A stretch of DNA of 64,000 nt from Lama guanicoe (taxonomy: Eukaryota), in the NCBI GenBank assembly GCA_013239625.1, contig MU054220.1, positions 3,659,374 through 3,723,373 on the forward strand. Reading direction: 5' to 3'. Shown one piece after another: positions 36,172 through 48,038 of the stretch. Every line of letters starts with the position of its first letter. Position 1 is the stretch's first letter. A program made the translations under genes and the position numbers. The notes beneath the pieces are model-generated. The model was not told where the DNA came from and searched no databases. It worked only from the letters and a program-made list of their open reading frames with translations.

Positions 36172-38388
36172 CCGCCCTCCCGGCCAGGGGCCCGTCTGGG
36201 GCAGGGAAGCCCTGACATCTCGGTTCCCCTTTGGTTCCGGAAGGCAGGAAGGACCCTGCCTCCAGGCAGGCAGGGATGGCCGCCTTCCTCTCCTCCTGGG
36301 CACTCCCCAAATGCTGTGATCTCCTGGGCCTTCAGGTTTGGGGAGGGACAGGGCCTCGGCACCCCTGTCCTTCCCCCCACACAGTGACGCCTCCTTTTCT
36401 TGAGTCTCTTGGCCTCTGGGTCCCCTGGACAGACACTGACAGAAAAGCCTGAGCCATGGGGCATCCGGCCAAGGCCAGGCCCTGCCCCTCTGCCAGGAGA
36501 CCCTTCCTTCTTGAGAGAGGCTATGGTCTGCCTCCCTGTCCTCTGCCTACACCCCCAGCCAATCTAATGCCCAAGCAGCTGAACTTGGCTTCTGCCCATT
36601 GCTGGAAGACCTGAGAACTTGACCCTGCCCATTCCTTCAGTGTGGGCCCTCCTCACATGTAGGTGTCCCCTCTGTCCCCTAGACACCCAGCCCAGTTGTG
36701 GGCTAAAGGGCAGTGTGGCAGTCCCCTTTCAGCCTTCTGTGAGGGGGCCCACGGGTGGCCAGATCCTTGTCCTCGGCTCCAGGCCTGGCTGCCACGGGCT
36801 TTCTGGGGGCTTTGCTCTTGGCTACTCTGCCTCCACCCCAGCTCCTGGAGGCCCCTGGTGCCCCCTCCCCTAATTGGCTTGGGCCCAGATGGACACCTGG
36901 ATAACCCCAGATGAAGGCCACCTGTAAGTGATGGGGCTTGGAGATGAGGAAGAAAGAAAAGCATTTCCTGTCTCTTGGCCTGTCCTCCAGGGTCTGGGGC
37001 TCCTGGCCCAGCCCCCTTTTCCGCAGTAGCCCCCTCCCTAGGGTGCTGCCCTCTGGCCTTCCTGGGTAGGGAGGCCTTCTGGCGCAGCCTGGCCTGGCTG
37101 TGTAGGACTAGGTGCCCATCAAACTGAGCAGAAGAAAAAAAATAGAAATTACATCAGGCCACCTCCTTTCATGCCCAGCCCCCATCAGATGCCCTGGAGG
37201 AAGCCAATGGCTGGCTCCCTCAGCGCTGAAGACCCCTGCAGGCCCAGCGGCCTGTGTGCCCCCATGAGTCCTTTCTCTCCAGCATACCCAGGACCATGGC
37301 CCTCATGTCCTGGGGACGGATGGGGAGAGAGAAGAGGCTGAGACCCTACACTTGGCTCCTGTCTTGGAACAGAGTCGGGGATTAGATCAATGGTCCAGGT
37401 GACGCCCAGCTCTGGCCCTGCCACCAGGGCCTCTGCCTGGGAACCTGGCCCTGCCTACAGTGGGCCGCCCTGCCCTCCCCTGGGCCCAGCTGCCCCTGTA
37501 GCCACACTCCCAGCCACATGGCCTGTGCCCAGCGGAGTGGTGACACCACCGCTATTAACACAACCAGAAAGAGACGTCCAGCAGGTCGGGTGCCCAAAGC
37601 TGCTGCCAGTAACTGGCCGAGCGGGAAGGAGCCGACACTGAGTGAGGGCCCCGCCTTTCCCGGCCTCCGTCTCTTGCCCCTGAGGTTCCTGCCTCTGCAG
37701 AATCCTGCCCCCACCGCCGAGCTGTGGGCAGGCTGGGTGCCACCACAGCCTTGGGGAAGTGGTATCGGTGGCTGGTAGGCCGTGCACCTGGGGCAAGACC
37801 ATGTCCTCCAAGCTGAGCCACGCTTTTTGAGGCCCGGTTAATGTTCCAACAAGTGGTGGAAAGGTTGTCCCAATCACTGCTGGGCATGGTAGATAGGTTC
37901 CCTCCCAGGGAGGCTGGCAGGGAACCATTGGCATCGGAGTTGGGCCTTTGTTGGGCATCTGCTGGGGCTGAGCCAGCCAAACTGGGGGCTGGGTGACGTG
38001 GCCTTGCCCTTGGGGGTGCTTTTGAGGCCTGCTAGAACAGTGCTGTCCAGCTGTGGCACAAAGCAGTGCTTGTGGAAGTCCATGCTGCCTGGTTAGACAT
38101 CAGAGTAAGGGGGTGGGGGTGGGGTGCTGGTAAACAGACACGGCCCGGGGATGGGGGACGTTAATGCTAGGAGGAGCCATGGTGGTGGTGGGAGAAGGTG
38201 ACAAAAGGGGGAGGAACAAGGGGACCCATAAGTCCAGCGAGGAAGGCCCGGTAGGAGCTTGGCTGTCCCTCCAAAGGTTTGAGAAGACCCAGAAGGCCCC
38301 TTGCCTGGTTCACTCTTGCCAAGCTCCTGCCTCAGCCCCAGCCTCCCCCTCACCCCTCAGTCAAGATAACCTTTCCTCACGGTCACTA

Positions 38389-38394
38389 TTTATT
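38389..38394 (-). terminator. Poly(A) signal AATAAA for TSPAN18
   Basis: TTTATT on + within an AT-rich island; G-rich tract just downstream on the - strand. Confidence 0.7.
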
Positions 38395-38521
38395 CTTCGT
38401 TCCTTTTCTTTTTGTAAGAAACAGTCACAAAAACCAGTGCAAAACCGTCAGTGTGGGCGTCCTGTTTTATATTACAAAAACTTCTCTTGGTATAGAATAT
38501 AAAAAAGGGGGGCTCACAGGA

Positions 38522-38527
38522 AATAAA
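38522..38527 (+). terminator. Candidate poly(A) signal AATAAA for TP53I11
   Basis: Canonical hexamer in the same AT-rich island; AAGAAA at 38416-38421 is an alternative. Confidence 0.55.
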
Positions 38528-41445
38528 CATGATAAATTAGCTCTGCTATCTACTGCGAGGAACATTTACAGTTTTCAAAATAGACTTTCGACATAGGACC
38601 CACCAGGGAAAGGAAGGGGGCTTCTTGGAGATTGGGGTGCTGGGGCCTCAGCTGGTTTGGGGGATCCTGTCTGGGCCCCTTAGGCAAGGAGGGGGGAGGG
38701 GAAAAGGGAGGCTGGGGGGGACCCCAACCATCAGACCCTAATTTTCTTCCCCAAGAGGTGGCAGAGCAGGAAGGTGGCCTCCAGTACAGAGTGGGGTGTG
38801 TGACAAAGTGTAAGGTCTTTCCGAGCACTTGGCCAGTTAACAGGGGTCAGAGGAAGCCTCAGCGCTGCACACCCCCCAGCAGTCCCAAATTGCCACCTGC
38901 ACCTATGATGGGCTGTTGTGAGTGGTGCCTGATTGGGGCCAAGCTCACCCTCTCATCGTGCCCCACCTCGGGATGGCCGCAGACAGCCATGCAAACAGCT
39001 ACCAGCCTGCGTTCATGCTGCAGAGCACAGACCCCTACTTCCCCTTCCCAGCTCCAGGGTGTGACCAGCGGGGGGCAGATCAGGGCTCCTTGGCCCCTTT
39101 CTGGAAAGCCTTAGGGGGTGAGAATCTCGCATCCGTCCTTGAGCCCACCTCAGCCACGCCAGGCGCTCCTCCTCGGCCTGCCCATCCTCCCTCTCACGGG
39201 GCTCCGAAGGCTTTTCTACCTTGAAGGTCCCAGATTCTGGGCAGTGGGGACCAGATGGGGCCCAGGAGCCTGAGAGGCCCCTGGGCTGGAGCCACACAGC
39301 TGCCCAAGTTGACCTTAAGCTGAAGGGTTTTTTTGTTTCGGTCAGCCTCACATCAGCCATTTGCTTCTGCCAGGAAGTTGGAGCTAAGCTTGTGGGTGGC
39401 TCTAGAGAGGGGCAGGCCCCAGGCGGTTCTCAGGCTGGGCTGGAGTAGGAGCTGTCTGCCCCCCACCCCGGGTACTGGGCATGCCCAGTCCACATCACTT
39501 GTGGAGTTGCCAGAGCAGGCTGTTATAGGGACTAGCTCAGAGACCAGGAGAGAGGGCTAGGATTGGTGAGGACAGCAGGAGGGTCAAACCAAATCTACAG
39601 CAGGCACAGAGCTCTGGCTGCATCTCAGATGGGGGTAGGTGACAGAGCAGGGGAGTACTGGGCTCTAGGCTGCTGCTTTGTTTCCCAGTGGCTGGAAACC
39701 TGGGGGGGAGGCTAGAAGCTGGCACAAGGCCTGTGAGACGGAATAGGCTCTTCCCAGACCCTGAAGAGAGACAATGGAAAGAGGAGAGTAGGTACCACAC
39801 TGTCCCTCCCATGACCATACCTGTGGCAGACATCACCAATCAAGCTTAAGTTGTTTGGCAGACATCACTAATCAAGAGTACGCTCTTCTTCCCCACTGAG
39901 CACAGACCATACCTCTGATCCTCACCACAGCCTCCAGCAGTCACTCTTGATTGATCAGGTTCAAGGCATCTTGCAATACAGGTGCCAACACTGGTCTCGA
40001 ATTTGAGACCTACGTATGAAGGGCTGATTTGTGGGTTCTGTGTGGGTGTGAGTCTGTGGGAAACCTCCCTGCCAGACCTGGAGGGAACACTCAGAAATGT
40101 GCTATGGACGGTGAGGGGACAGAAAGCCATGTCACAGCAGAAATGATGAGATGCCCTGGGGTTCGTTAGCCTGGAGATAACAGGGGAACAATGTGTGGTC
40201 TTAACACTTCGGGAAGAAGCCAGAGCGTGTGGGATGCGTTGGACGGAACCACAGAAAAACAGAAACCTTTCCTGTGTATTCAGCTGATGCTAAAGTCAGA
40301 GCAGTCTAAAGGCAGCAGCCTGTCTTGGGAGGTAGTAAGCTCCCTGTCCTTGGAGGTGTGCAAGAAGGTGGAGCAGTCTTGGCAGGGATCTTGCAGAAGA
40401 CATCCAAGCCTCAATTCTGAGTGGGGAGAGGAGAACCACATGATCTTGGGGGTTCCTTCCAGCCCCGGGAGCCAGAGAGTTGGAAAACGGGACAGCTTGT
40501 GAGGAAAGGCAGGCAGTGCAGAAAAGGGGCTGGGGTGTGTGTACGTGTGTGTATTCCTGGGGTTTAGAAGTGTGGGAAGGTGGGAGAGAGGGCAGAGTCC
40601 AGAATTTTCTTAGCTGTGGAGCCAGGAAGAGGCAGTTCCTGACCATCCTGCCCTCTGTCTTCTGGGGTAACCAGGATGCTGAGGCCAGGGTCGGGTGTGA
40701 GCAGCAGGTCTGCCGGGACCAAGAGCCTGGGAGGGAGTGACCGGCAGTCTGGGGATGGCGGGGTTCTTGTTCAGAACTGTCGTGTGTGTACTGTGGGCTG
40801 TGAATGAGAAACTGCCCCTCTCGCTCGGCTTTCTGGATTATTCGGTCCAACAGATGGGGGAAGCATGGACCCTACCAGCTGGGCCATTCGTGGATCCAGT
40901 GTCTGCAGCCCCCTCTCGGCCCCAGTCTGAAGCAGGGACAGCGCCATCCTCCGAGGACCAGGGACTTCACGTGGGTTCCAAATCCTTAAGGACGGCTCTT
41001 CTTGGGGCCCCTGGGCTTTGGCAACCTCTCTCCACAATTTCCTTTGGCTGCCTTCTTGTCTTAATCCTTACTTTCTTGGCGTCGGGTCCTGAAGCTAGGA
41101 GTTGACAGCCCAGGTCCGGGGCTGCCAGATCCGTCTGGGCCGAGGATGGCGCCTGGCTCTGGTGTTGCTTTGGTCTCTAGTGCAGACTGCGTCCTGGTGC
41201 TGGGGCCCCTGCAGAGAGCCCGCAACACTACTCTGGAGTCCGGACAGGCGACATCAGTCCCTATTTTTGTCTTCATTTTGTTTAGTTAAAAAAAATAGCT
41301 ATTTTCCTCTGCCCCTTCTCCTGGCCATCACGATGGCCTCACCTCCTCCCCCAGGGCCTAGAGGGCAGAGGTGTGGGGGAGGGGAGGGCATTGGGTGCTG
41401 GGCGGTGGTGGGCAGGGTGAGTCTTCAAGCTGCAGGCCACGCCCT

Positions 41446-41493
41446 CTACTGGATGCCCCGGAAGAGGCACATGGCAAAGATCATGGCAAAAAG
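41446..41493 (-). CDS. TSPAN18: TSPAN18 last coding exon to stop
   Basis: tttctttgcag|CTT...; LFAMIFAMCLFRGIQ, TAG at 41448-41446. Confidence 0.96.
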   Translation of the reverse strand, partial: LFAMIFAMCLFRGIQ

Positions 41494-42997
41494 CTGCAAA
41501 GAAAGTAGGAGTTGGCTGGTCAGGCTGTCTGCCCAGGGGCAGGAAGGGGGCTCACCCATCACTCTTGGCACGCTCCTGCTGAGGGGAATCCCTGACATTC
41601 CCCTGGGGGCCAGCCCCTCCTGCCAGGCACTGGTCCCCTTCATGCAGTGCAGTCATGAAAAGAAGCGGGCTTTGGACGTGGATTCAAACCCAGCTCCTCC
41701 ATTTGCCAGCAGCAAACTGGGACCAAACACTTCCCCTCTCTGGGCCTGAGAATGTATCAAGAGCTTACTGGGTGCCTGGGAACAGTTCTAAGTGCTTTCC
41801 CAGAAACATTTTCACAGACCAGGAAGCCAGACACAGAGAGGTCATGCAACCTGCCTAAGGTCACACAGCTACCATGGGGGGCATCCAGGGTAAAGTCTAG
41901 GCATTCTGACCATACTCATTGCCTCGTACCCTCCCCCTTGTAGCTCACAGGAAGGTGGTGAGATTGAAGTCTAAGGAGATTAACAACGCAATGAGGCCTG
42001 TTACAGAGTAAATGCTTACTGAAAAGCTACCAGGATTGTTAGTAACAGGCAAGGACGATGCAGCCTTTCCCCAGATTAGGAACACAATCACTGAACTTGT
42101 CTCAGGGCCCTGGGGTGGGTGGGTGTGCAGAGACCTGGACTCAGGGATGCTCACTGATTCAGACTGGCTGATGCCCCCATGCCACAGTGCTTCCTGCAAG
42201 TAGCACAGGGCACAGCCCCCAGACCACAGGCTCCTAGTTGAATCTCCAGGAGGGGCAGTGGAGCGGGGGAGGCAAGGCACATGGTAAAGGTCCCTGTCTC
42301 AGAGCAGGGTTCTGCCTCCCACAGGGGCCACAGCTGGGCTTGCGGTCCGGGTGTGAAGACAGTGGATCAGGGACGCAGACACTGCTTAATGAGCCCCTAC
42401 CATGCGCCGGGCAGAAGTCCTCATCACCTGTAATCCCCACAGTGCCCTAGGGGCAGGCTTTTAGCCCCATTTTGCCGATAAGGAAGCTGTGGCTCAGGTG
42501 TCCTGTGTGTAGGGAGAGGCAGAGCTGGGAGTCGAACTCTAAAAGCCCAGGTTCTTCCTGCAGGGGACCCACACCTGCGATTTCCCGAGGGTCTGGCCCA
42601 GAGTGACGTTTCCTGTTCATTGTTTCCTCCCAGGAGGGGGCTTGACCACCTAGAACAGCGCTGGCACACAGTTGGGGTTCAGTCTTTGCTTGATGAATGA
42701 CTGAATAAATGACCCCTCCCTCTCCTCCATCCTCAATAGCTTCCACAAAACCGCTCTAAGCACGGCTGTAGGACACAGTAAGAAATTAAGCTAGGCCACG
42801 TTTACAGTGCCAGGTGGGAGGGGGAGGCTGAGGATCCGGCTGCCTGACTTTATTTCCCGCCCGCCCAGGCCCGGGTACACCCCTTTCTTCAGATGGGCGG
42901 GCATAGGGCAAGCTGTCCGTCCAACCTCCCAGAGCAGCGGATTTGAGACCCCGGAGAGTGGGGTAGAAGGAAGAGGGCAGCTCGGCCCGATGACTGA

Positions 42998-43013
42998 AGC
43001 GCCACCTAGTGGT
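42998..43013 (-). promoter_or_regulatory. CTCF motif (reverse)
   Basis: Minus strand ACCACTAGGTGGCGCT, full core match, in a locally CpG-rich patch. Confidence 0.75.
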
Positions 43014-43510
43014 GGCTGTGCCAGTCTGCAGCTGCCTTCCTTTTGAGGGGGCTGAGGGGGTCAGTGCGCTCCTGGTCTTCACTGCTGGGTCTAAAACTGC
43101 TCTTGTGAGATTAACAAGGCCCCACAGGCCCTGAACACCCCACAGAGAGAGGGCTTGATCTAGAAGCACAGGCTGAAGCCCCTGTCTCAAATCAGCTGTG
43201 TCCATCCTTCAGTTCACTCTGGACCTTGGGCGGGATGTAGCGGGTGGGTGGAGTGACTCTCAGGGCCTGACCATCCGCACTGCCTAGAGACGTGCTCAGA
43301 TGTGTCCAGGGTCCCATGGTGACTCTCAGGCAGCAGACAGGCACGGCCGGGCTTACCACCCCATAGTCCTGCAGTGGGAGACCCACTGAGTCCTGCGTTA
43401 AGGACCTGGAGACAAAGGTAGGCTGGGGGTGTGGGCTGTGAGGGATTTGCCCCAGACCTCGTGTGGGCATTTTGCTTCTGGGGAGCTGCAGAAGTGGGGT
43501 CTTTACTCAC

Positions 43511-43594
43511 CTCGATGGCCAGCACCCCTATGGCGAGGGCTCCGGCCAGGTAGACATAGGTTTCGAAGGCATTGAGGATCACCGTGTAACAGCC
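43511..43594 (-). CDS. TSPAN18: TSPAN18 coding exon 6
   Basis: tccctgccag|GGC...GAG|gtgagt; [28 protein letters not shown]; 84 nt. Confidence 0.96.
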
Positions 43595-44479
43595 CTGGCA
43601 GGGAAGAAGGAACAGTGTGAGGTCAGGAGCCAGCCTTAGGACCAGGTGTGAAGCCTGGGAACTGGCCCGTGGCCCCAAAGCCCAGGCAGCAGCAGGCCTA
43701 CCCTGCTATACCGCTGTTGGGACAGTTTGGTGGGAAGCAGGAGGCCCATAAATGCAGCAACTTTGCAGCATTACACCAAAGACCCTCCAGGCCCGCAGGC
43801 AGAGCTGAAAACTGCGTCTGACTGCCACTGAATCAGCCACAGACCCTTTCTGTGTGTCTGCCACAGTGATTGGAATATTGGGAAATTTCCTATAAATATC
43901 TGGACTCCCTGCTGCTCTCAAAAAAATCAGAAGATCCAGCAAGGTAGGCTATCATTTCTCTGTGGCAGTACCTGTCAGATGGGACAAGTGCTCCCTGGGG
44001 GTCCACTGTCCGATCATTCCCTGTCATTCCACACCCACCCTCTCTACTCATTCTCATTTCCTGCCTTGCAGCTGAAGGATTTTGGTTTGCAGCCTCTGCC
44101 CTAAGGAAACACAGAGGATTCTTCAAGACCCAGCAAATATCTAACCTCCTCCAGGGAGACTTCCCGGACTAGCCCAGCTCTCACAGGGCCCCTTCTAAAT
44201 GGATTGAATTCCTCTGCTATTACTGCTTTCTCAAGCAGTCCTCAGGAGATACAGACTGAGACAGAGATGGAGTCAGTGGGAGAGTGAAAGCAGGGTGGGT
44301 AGAGATGGCAAGTGCTCATGCACGCCAGCAAGAACAGAGCCAGGAGCTGCCAGCAGGTGACTGCTACCCCATCTGACGCTGAACACCTCACGCCTTGGTC
44401 ATCTTCATGACCGTCTCCCTCCACCTGCACATGCTGACCAGAGACTGCTGCAGGATAGTTGCCTTGAATGAAATGTATT

Positions 44480-44970
44480 TTTAAAGGGGGAGAATTTTCT
44501 TTTATGAGAACCCGCATATTCTTTGGGTGTAGCCAGAGGACCTACCTTCCTTTCATTGGAGTTCAGTGGTAAATAGGGCTGGTGGACTAACTCAACACTA
44601 CAGACAAGTGCCTCTGCCCTAACTCCTGACAGCCAGGTGACCGAGTGCTGGCCAGTGAAAACTAGGCAGAGGTCTACTGGGGCTTTCTGGGAAAGAAACT
44701 GGTGTTACCCTTTACCTTCTTTCTGTCCTGAACATGAGTTGGATGTCTGGAACCATGGCAGCCATTTTGCCACCATGAAGTGCTAAACACAAGGAAAGGC
44801 CACAGGGATCACAGAGACTGGGCCTTGACTGACATGACAGAGCCACTGATACATGTGAGAAGCCACTGTCTTCCAGAAGTCTTAACATGTGTGAAACACA
44901 AAAGCATTTTCTTAATCCCCTTTAGTTGGGATTTTAGTTACTGGGAATCAAACATATTGCTCCCTGACTC
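44480..44970. mobile_element. MaLR (MLT1-like) LTR remnant
   Basis: ggcagccattttgccaccatgaag and a gttgggattttagttact terminus typical of MLT1 LTRs (recall). Confidence 0.55.
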
Positions 44971-45419
44971 AAGACTGTGATGGGGATGTGAGGCAAAGTC
45001 AAAACATGCATCCTGGACTTCAAATGAGCTTTGGAGAAAAAACAGATAGAGTCTCTTGGCAGAGGCTTTTAAAAGGGAAGAATACTCAGGAGGGGTGGAT
45101 GTCAGTGTCTCAGAAAAGGAATCGCAAAAGTCAATCTCTGATAAGCCTCATGAGGAACGGGGAAGAGTCATTGTAAAGAACTAATGGAGCTGCACAGGGA
45201 CCTGTCTGATGAGCTTCGACTTCAAGGCCATGCCCAGGAGTGGGAAGGAAGCATCACAACGGAGGATGAATCCAGAAACAGGAAGTATGTCAGGATGCAG
45301 CCCTAAAAGAACGGGGCCCGTGAGAAGCCTCCCTGAACAATTCACAAGTGGCCTTAGGACATTAGGGCAGGTTTAGGATATTGGGGCAGGTTTGGCTGTG
45401 GGCAGCAGGTAGTCCTAAC

Positions 45420-45730
45420 GGCAGCTTCTTCAAGTTAGAAGTCTGTCTTTATCGCCTCCGGAGCTGTGCTGGCCGCTCTGCTCCATGGGGTTGTCCGTGG
45501 CCCAGGCTCCTTCTATCTTGATGCTCTGACATTCTAAGGGGTCACCCACCTCTGCAAGTACTGAGATGGCTGTCACCACTAGCTAGGGGCGGGCACAGCG
45601 CTTTCTCTTAAGGACATGACTCAGCTGCACAGATCACTTCTGCTCACCACCCTTTGGCTAGAACTTGGTCATGTGGCCCAGCTGCAAGGGAGGCAGGGAA
45701 GGGCAGCCTTTATCTGGTGGTCATGGTGTC
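45420..45730. mobile_element. MLT1-like LTR remnant
   Basis: cccaggctccttctatctt...cacttctgctcac...ttggctagaacttggtcatgtggccca...gctgcaagggaggcagggaa. Confidence 0.55.
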
Positions 45731-47203
45731 TTATAAATCCCCTTTCCAAAGAAGAATCATGACCTGAGCCTGGGGACAGACAGCAGTCTCTGCCTCTGTA
45801 TCGGGAATCTGAGGGCTAGAGAGTGTGTCTGGGCCAAGGTGACACAGCTGTTCACAGCCCAGACCTGGCTGACCTCACAGCCTGAAACTTCCCCCACGTC
45901 CTGCAGCCTCTCCTCAGGGCTGGGACCTAACCCCTGGGGCGGCCGTCCCTGCCCCAAGCTCACAGCGGCCTGATCCCAGGACCTTTGTCTCTTTGTTTAA
46001 GTTTCTTTCTCCCAGTACAGGAATACAGGGAGGCAGGACTGTAAGGGGCAGAGGAATATGGCTCCCGGGGCCTTGTGAATCCTTTGACATGACGTGGGCA
46101 GGTGCGGGGGAAGGGAGTGCTGAGTTCATGAGGCAAAGCTGAGGCTGGAAACAGCCTCCCCAGAGGGCCAGGGTCAGGCCCAGCCCGGCTGTCCTCCTTG
46201 GGACTCTCAGAGGCCTGCCTGGAGCCCTGCTCCCACCCCACCCCACCCCACCCCAGTCCCGCCTAGCCCCTCAGGCAGTTTTCCTTATAGTGACATTATG
46301 ACTTCATGTGAAGTTATTGCTTCACGTGAAGTTATTACTTATTTGCTTCTTGCTTATCATCTGCTCCCTCTAACTAGACTGTGAGCCCCACAGGAAACAG
46401 GGGCCTTGTCTGCTGACTCCAACTGGGTCCTCTGCATCTGAAACTCTGCCACGAGATCCTCATTAAAGGCCTACTTAAATGAGGGGCATAGGGTTCAGTT
46501 CACCTCATTCTCCCCCCGCTGCCCCGACTAGTCTGGTCTTATACACACACCCGAGGGGCATGGGGACCAGAGGGATCAAGTCCAGGGGCAAGGTCTGTCT
46601 CACGGAGGGGGCAAAGCAGGGGTGGCCCTGGTGTCCCCCAGAGATGGCACACGCAGGAAGGGAACGGGCTTCTTCTGAGTTTGAAATGAAATCCTTGGGT
46701 TGTAAAAGAAGCCAAGAAGTCAAGGAGCTCCCCTGACCTTGGAGGATATGGTCAGGGAAGCCTTGCTCCCTTGGGGTCTGGAGGCGCTCACACGTGGCAC
46801 ATATGAGCTTCCCCCCAAATAAAGTGCACGGCTGAGGAGGAGCCCCCACTGTGTAGTTCTGGTTCTGGCCCCTGAGACCTGTGTTGCCTGTATTACTACT
46901 CAGGGAGTGTTCTATGTGGAACACTGGAAAACTCCTACTCACCCTTTAAGCCCAGCCAAAATGCCCACTCCTCTGGCCCGTGGCTTCACAGGACTGTCTG
47001 CCACCCTCCTCCTTTCCCCACTTTGGTTGGATCTCAGGGGTAGGGATGGAGCCTTCATCAGCCCCCATATCACAGCCAACACTTCCATGGGATTCCCCGA
47101 GTGCCCTCAGACCCTCTGGGCCCATGTGGCTACCCACCCAGCTCTGGCCACCTGAGTCCAGATGGACTGGTTCCCCCTGCCAGGGAGGAGCAGGGCCTGG
47201 TAC

Positions 47204-47386
47204 CTGCTTGTTCAGGAACAGGTCCCTTCCCAGGAGGCAGTCCTCCCTGCTCAGCAGGATCCCATCCCGACTCTGGGGTTCTCTCCGGCAACAGGCCTCT
47301 GGCACCTCGTCACTGTCCAAAGTCAGGAGTCGGAAAACTGATGCATATTTAAAGTCTTCAGGCCCATTGACCCCACAGCAACCAAA
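47204..47386 (-). CDS. TSPAN18: TSPAN18 coding exon 5 (LEL, CCG motif)
   Basis: gctctcctag|TTT...CAG|gtacca; [61 protein letters not shown]; 183 nt. Confidence 0.96.
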
Positions 47387-47479
47387 CTAGGAGAGCAAAG
47401 AAAAGGGTGGATGGGAGCTGGACCCAGGTACAGGGATGCAGAGACAGACAGACAGACTCTCCAAAGGCCACTGTGAGGC

Positions 47480-47670
47480 AGCTTGGTGGAGCGGAGTCAA
47501 GACCCAGGTGTGGGCTTGGCTCCACCTACTCCTCCTGTGTGACCCTGGGAAAGTCACTTAGCTTTTCTGAGCCTCTAGTGTCCTCATCTGTAAAATGAGG
47601 GTGGTGGTAACAATTCCTACTTCACCAGGCACTTAGTCAGCACTCAGTAAATAGTTGCTATGATTACTAT
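47480..47670 (+). mobile_element. MIR SINE in a TSPAN18 intron
   Basis: tgtgtgaccctgggaaagtcacttagcttttctgagcctc...cctcatctgtaaaatgagg. Confidence 0.7.
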
Positions 47671-47939
47671 CCTTGATGACAGTTACAACTGCTTGAGGAC
47701 TCAAGTTAGGGATAACAAACAGGTTTCACCCTGAGTTTGGACTGTGATCTTCGGGCACTGGCTGCCCGGGATGCTGTGCAGATGCCGGTGCTGAGGCTGG
47801 GTCTGGGCTTGGTGGATCAGTGCCTGATTGATTATTAATGTCTGCATGGGCACATGATCAAGGCGGACTCTGAGGACCAGACACTGGCTGCACTGGGATC
47901 AGGGCTCTGAATGCTCACGGCGTCCCTGGGGCCACTCAC

Positions 47940-48038
47940 TGTGATCATGACAGAGTTCCAGGTGGCAGAGAAGACATCTGTGTCGTTGTTGCCCTGGTAG
48001 TGCTTGGTGAGCTCCTTGGTGAAGAACTCGCGGGTGAG
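47940..48038 (-). CDS. TSPAN18: TSPAN18 coding exon 4 (large extracellular loop)
   Basis: ctgcctctag|CTC...ACA|gtgagt; [33 protein letters not shown] with an NDT sequon; 99 nt. Confidence 0.96.

Larger units (their letters stand above)
36172..38545 (+). other. TP53I11: TP53I11 3' UTR (end approximate)
   Basis: Follows the stop; first canonical + strand AATAAA I found is 38522-38527; variant AAGAAA at 38416-38421 has a GU-rich tract at ~38451. Confidence 0.6.
38370..41445 (-). other. TSPAN18: TSPAN18 3' UTR (~3.1 kb, end approximate)
   Basis: Follows the stop; first canonical - strand AATAAA I found is at 38394-38389. Confidence 0.65.

Noticed and set aside
36169..36180. Stop-codon readthrough in TP53I11 or TSPAN18
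   Set aside because: Stops are TAG-CCG and TAG-AGG, not the TGA-CTAG readthrough context
39062..39079. Further CTCF-like matches (39065, 26387, 50346)
   Set aside because: Mismatches or indels at core positions; expected by chance in GC-rich DNA
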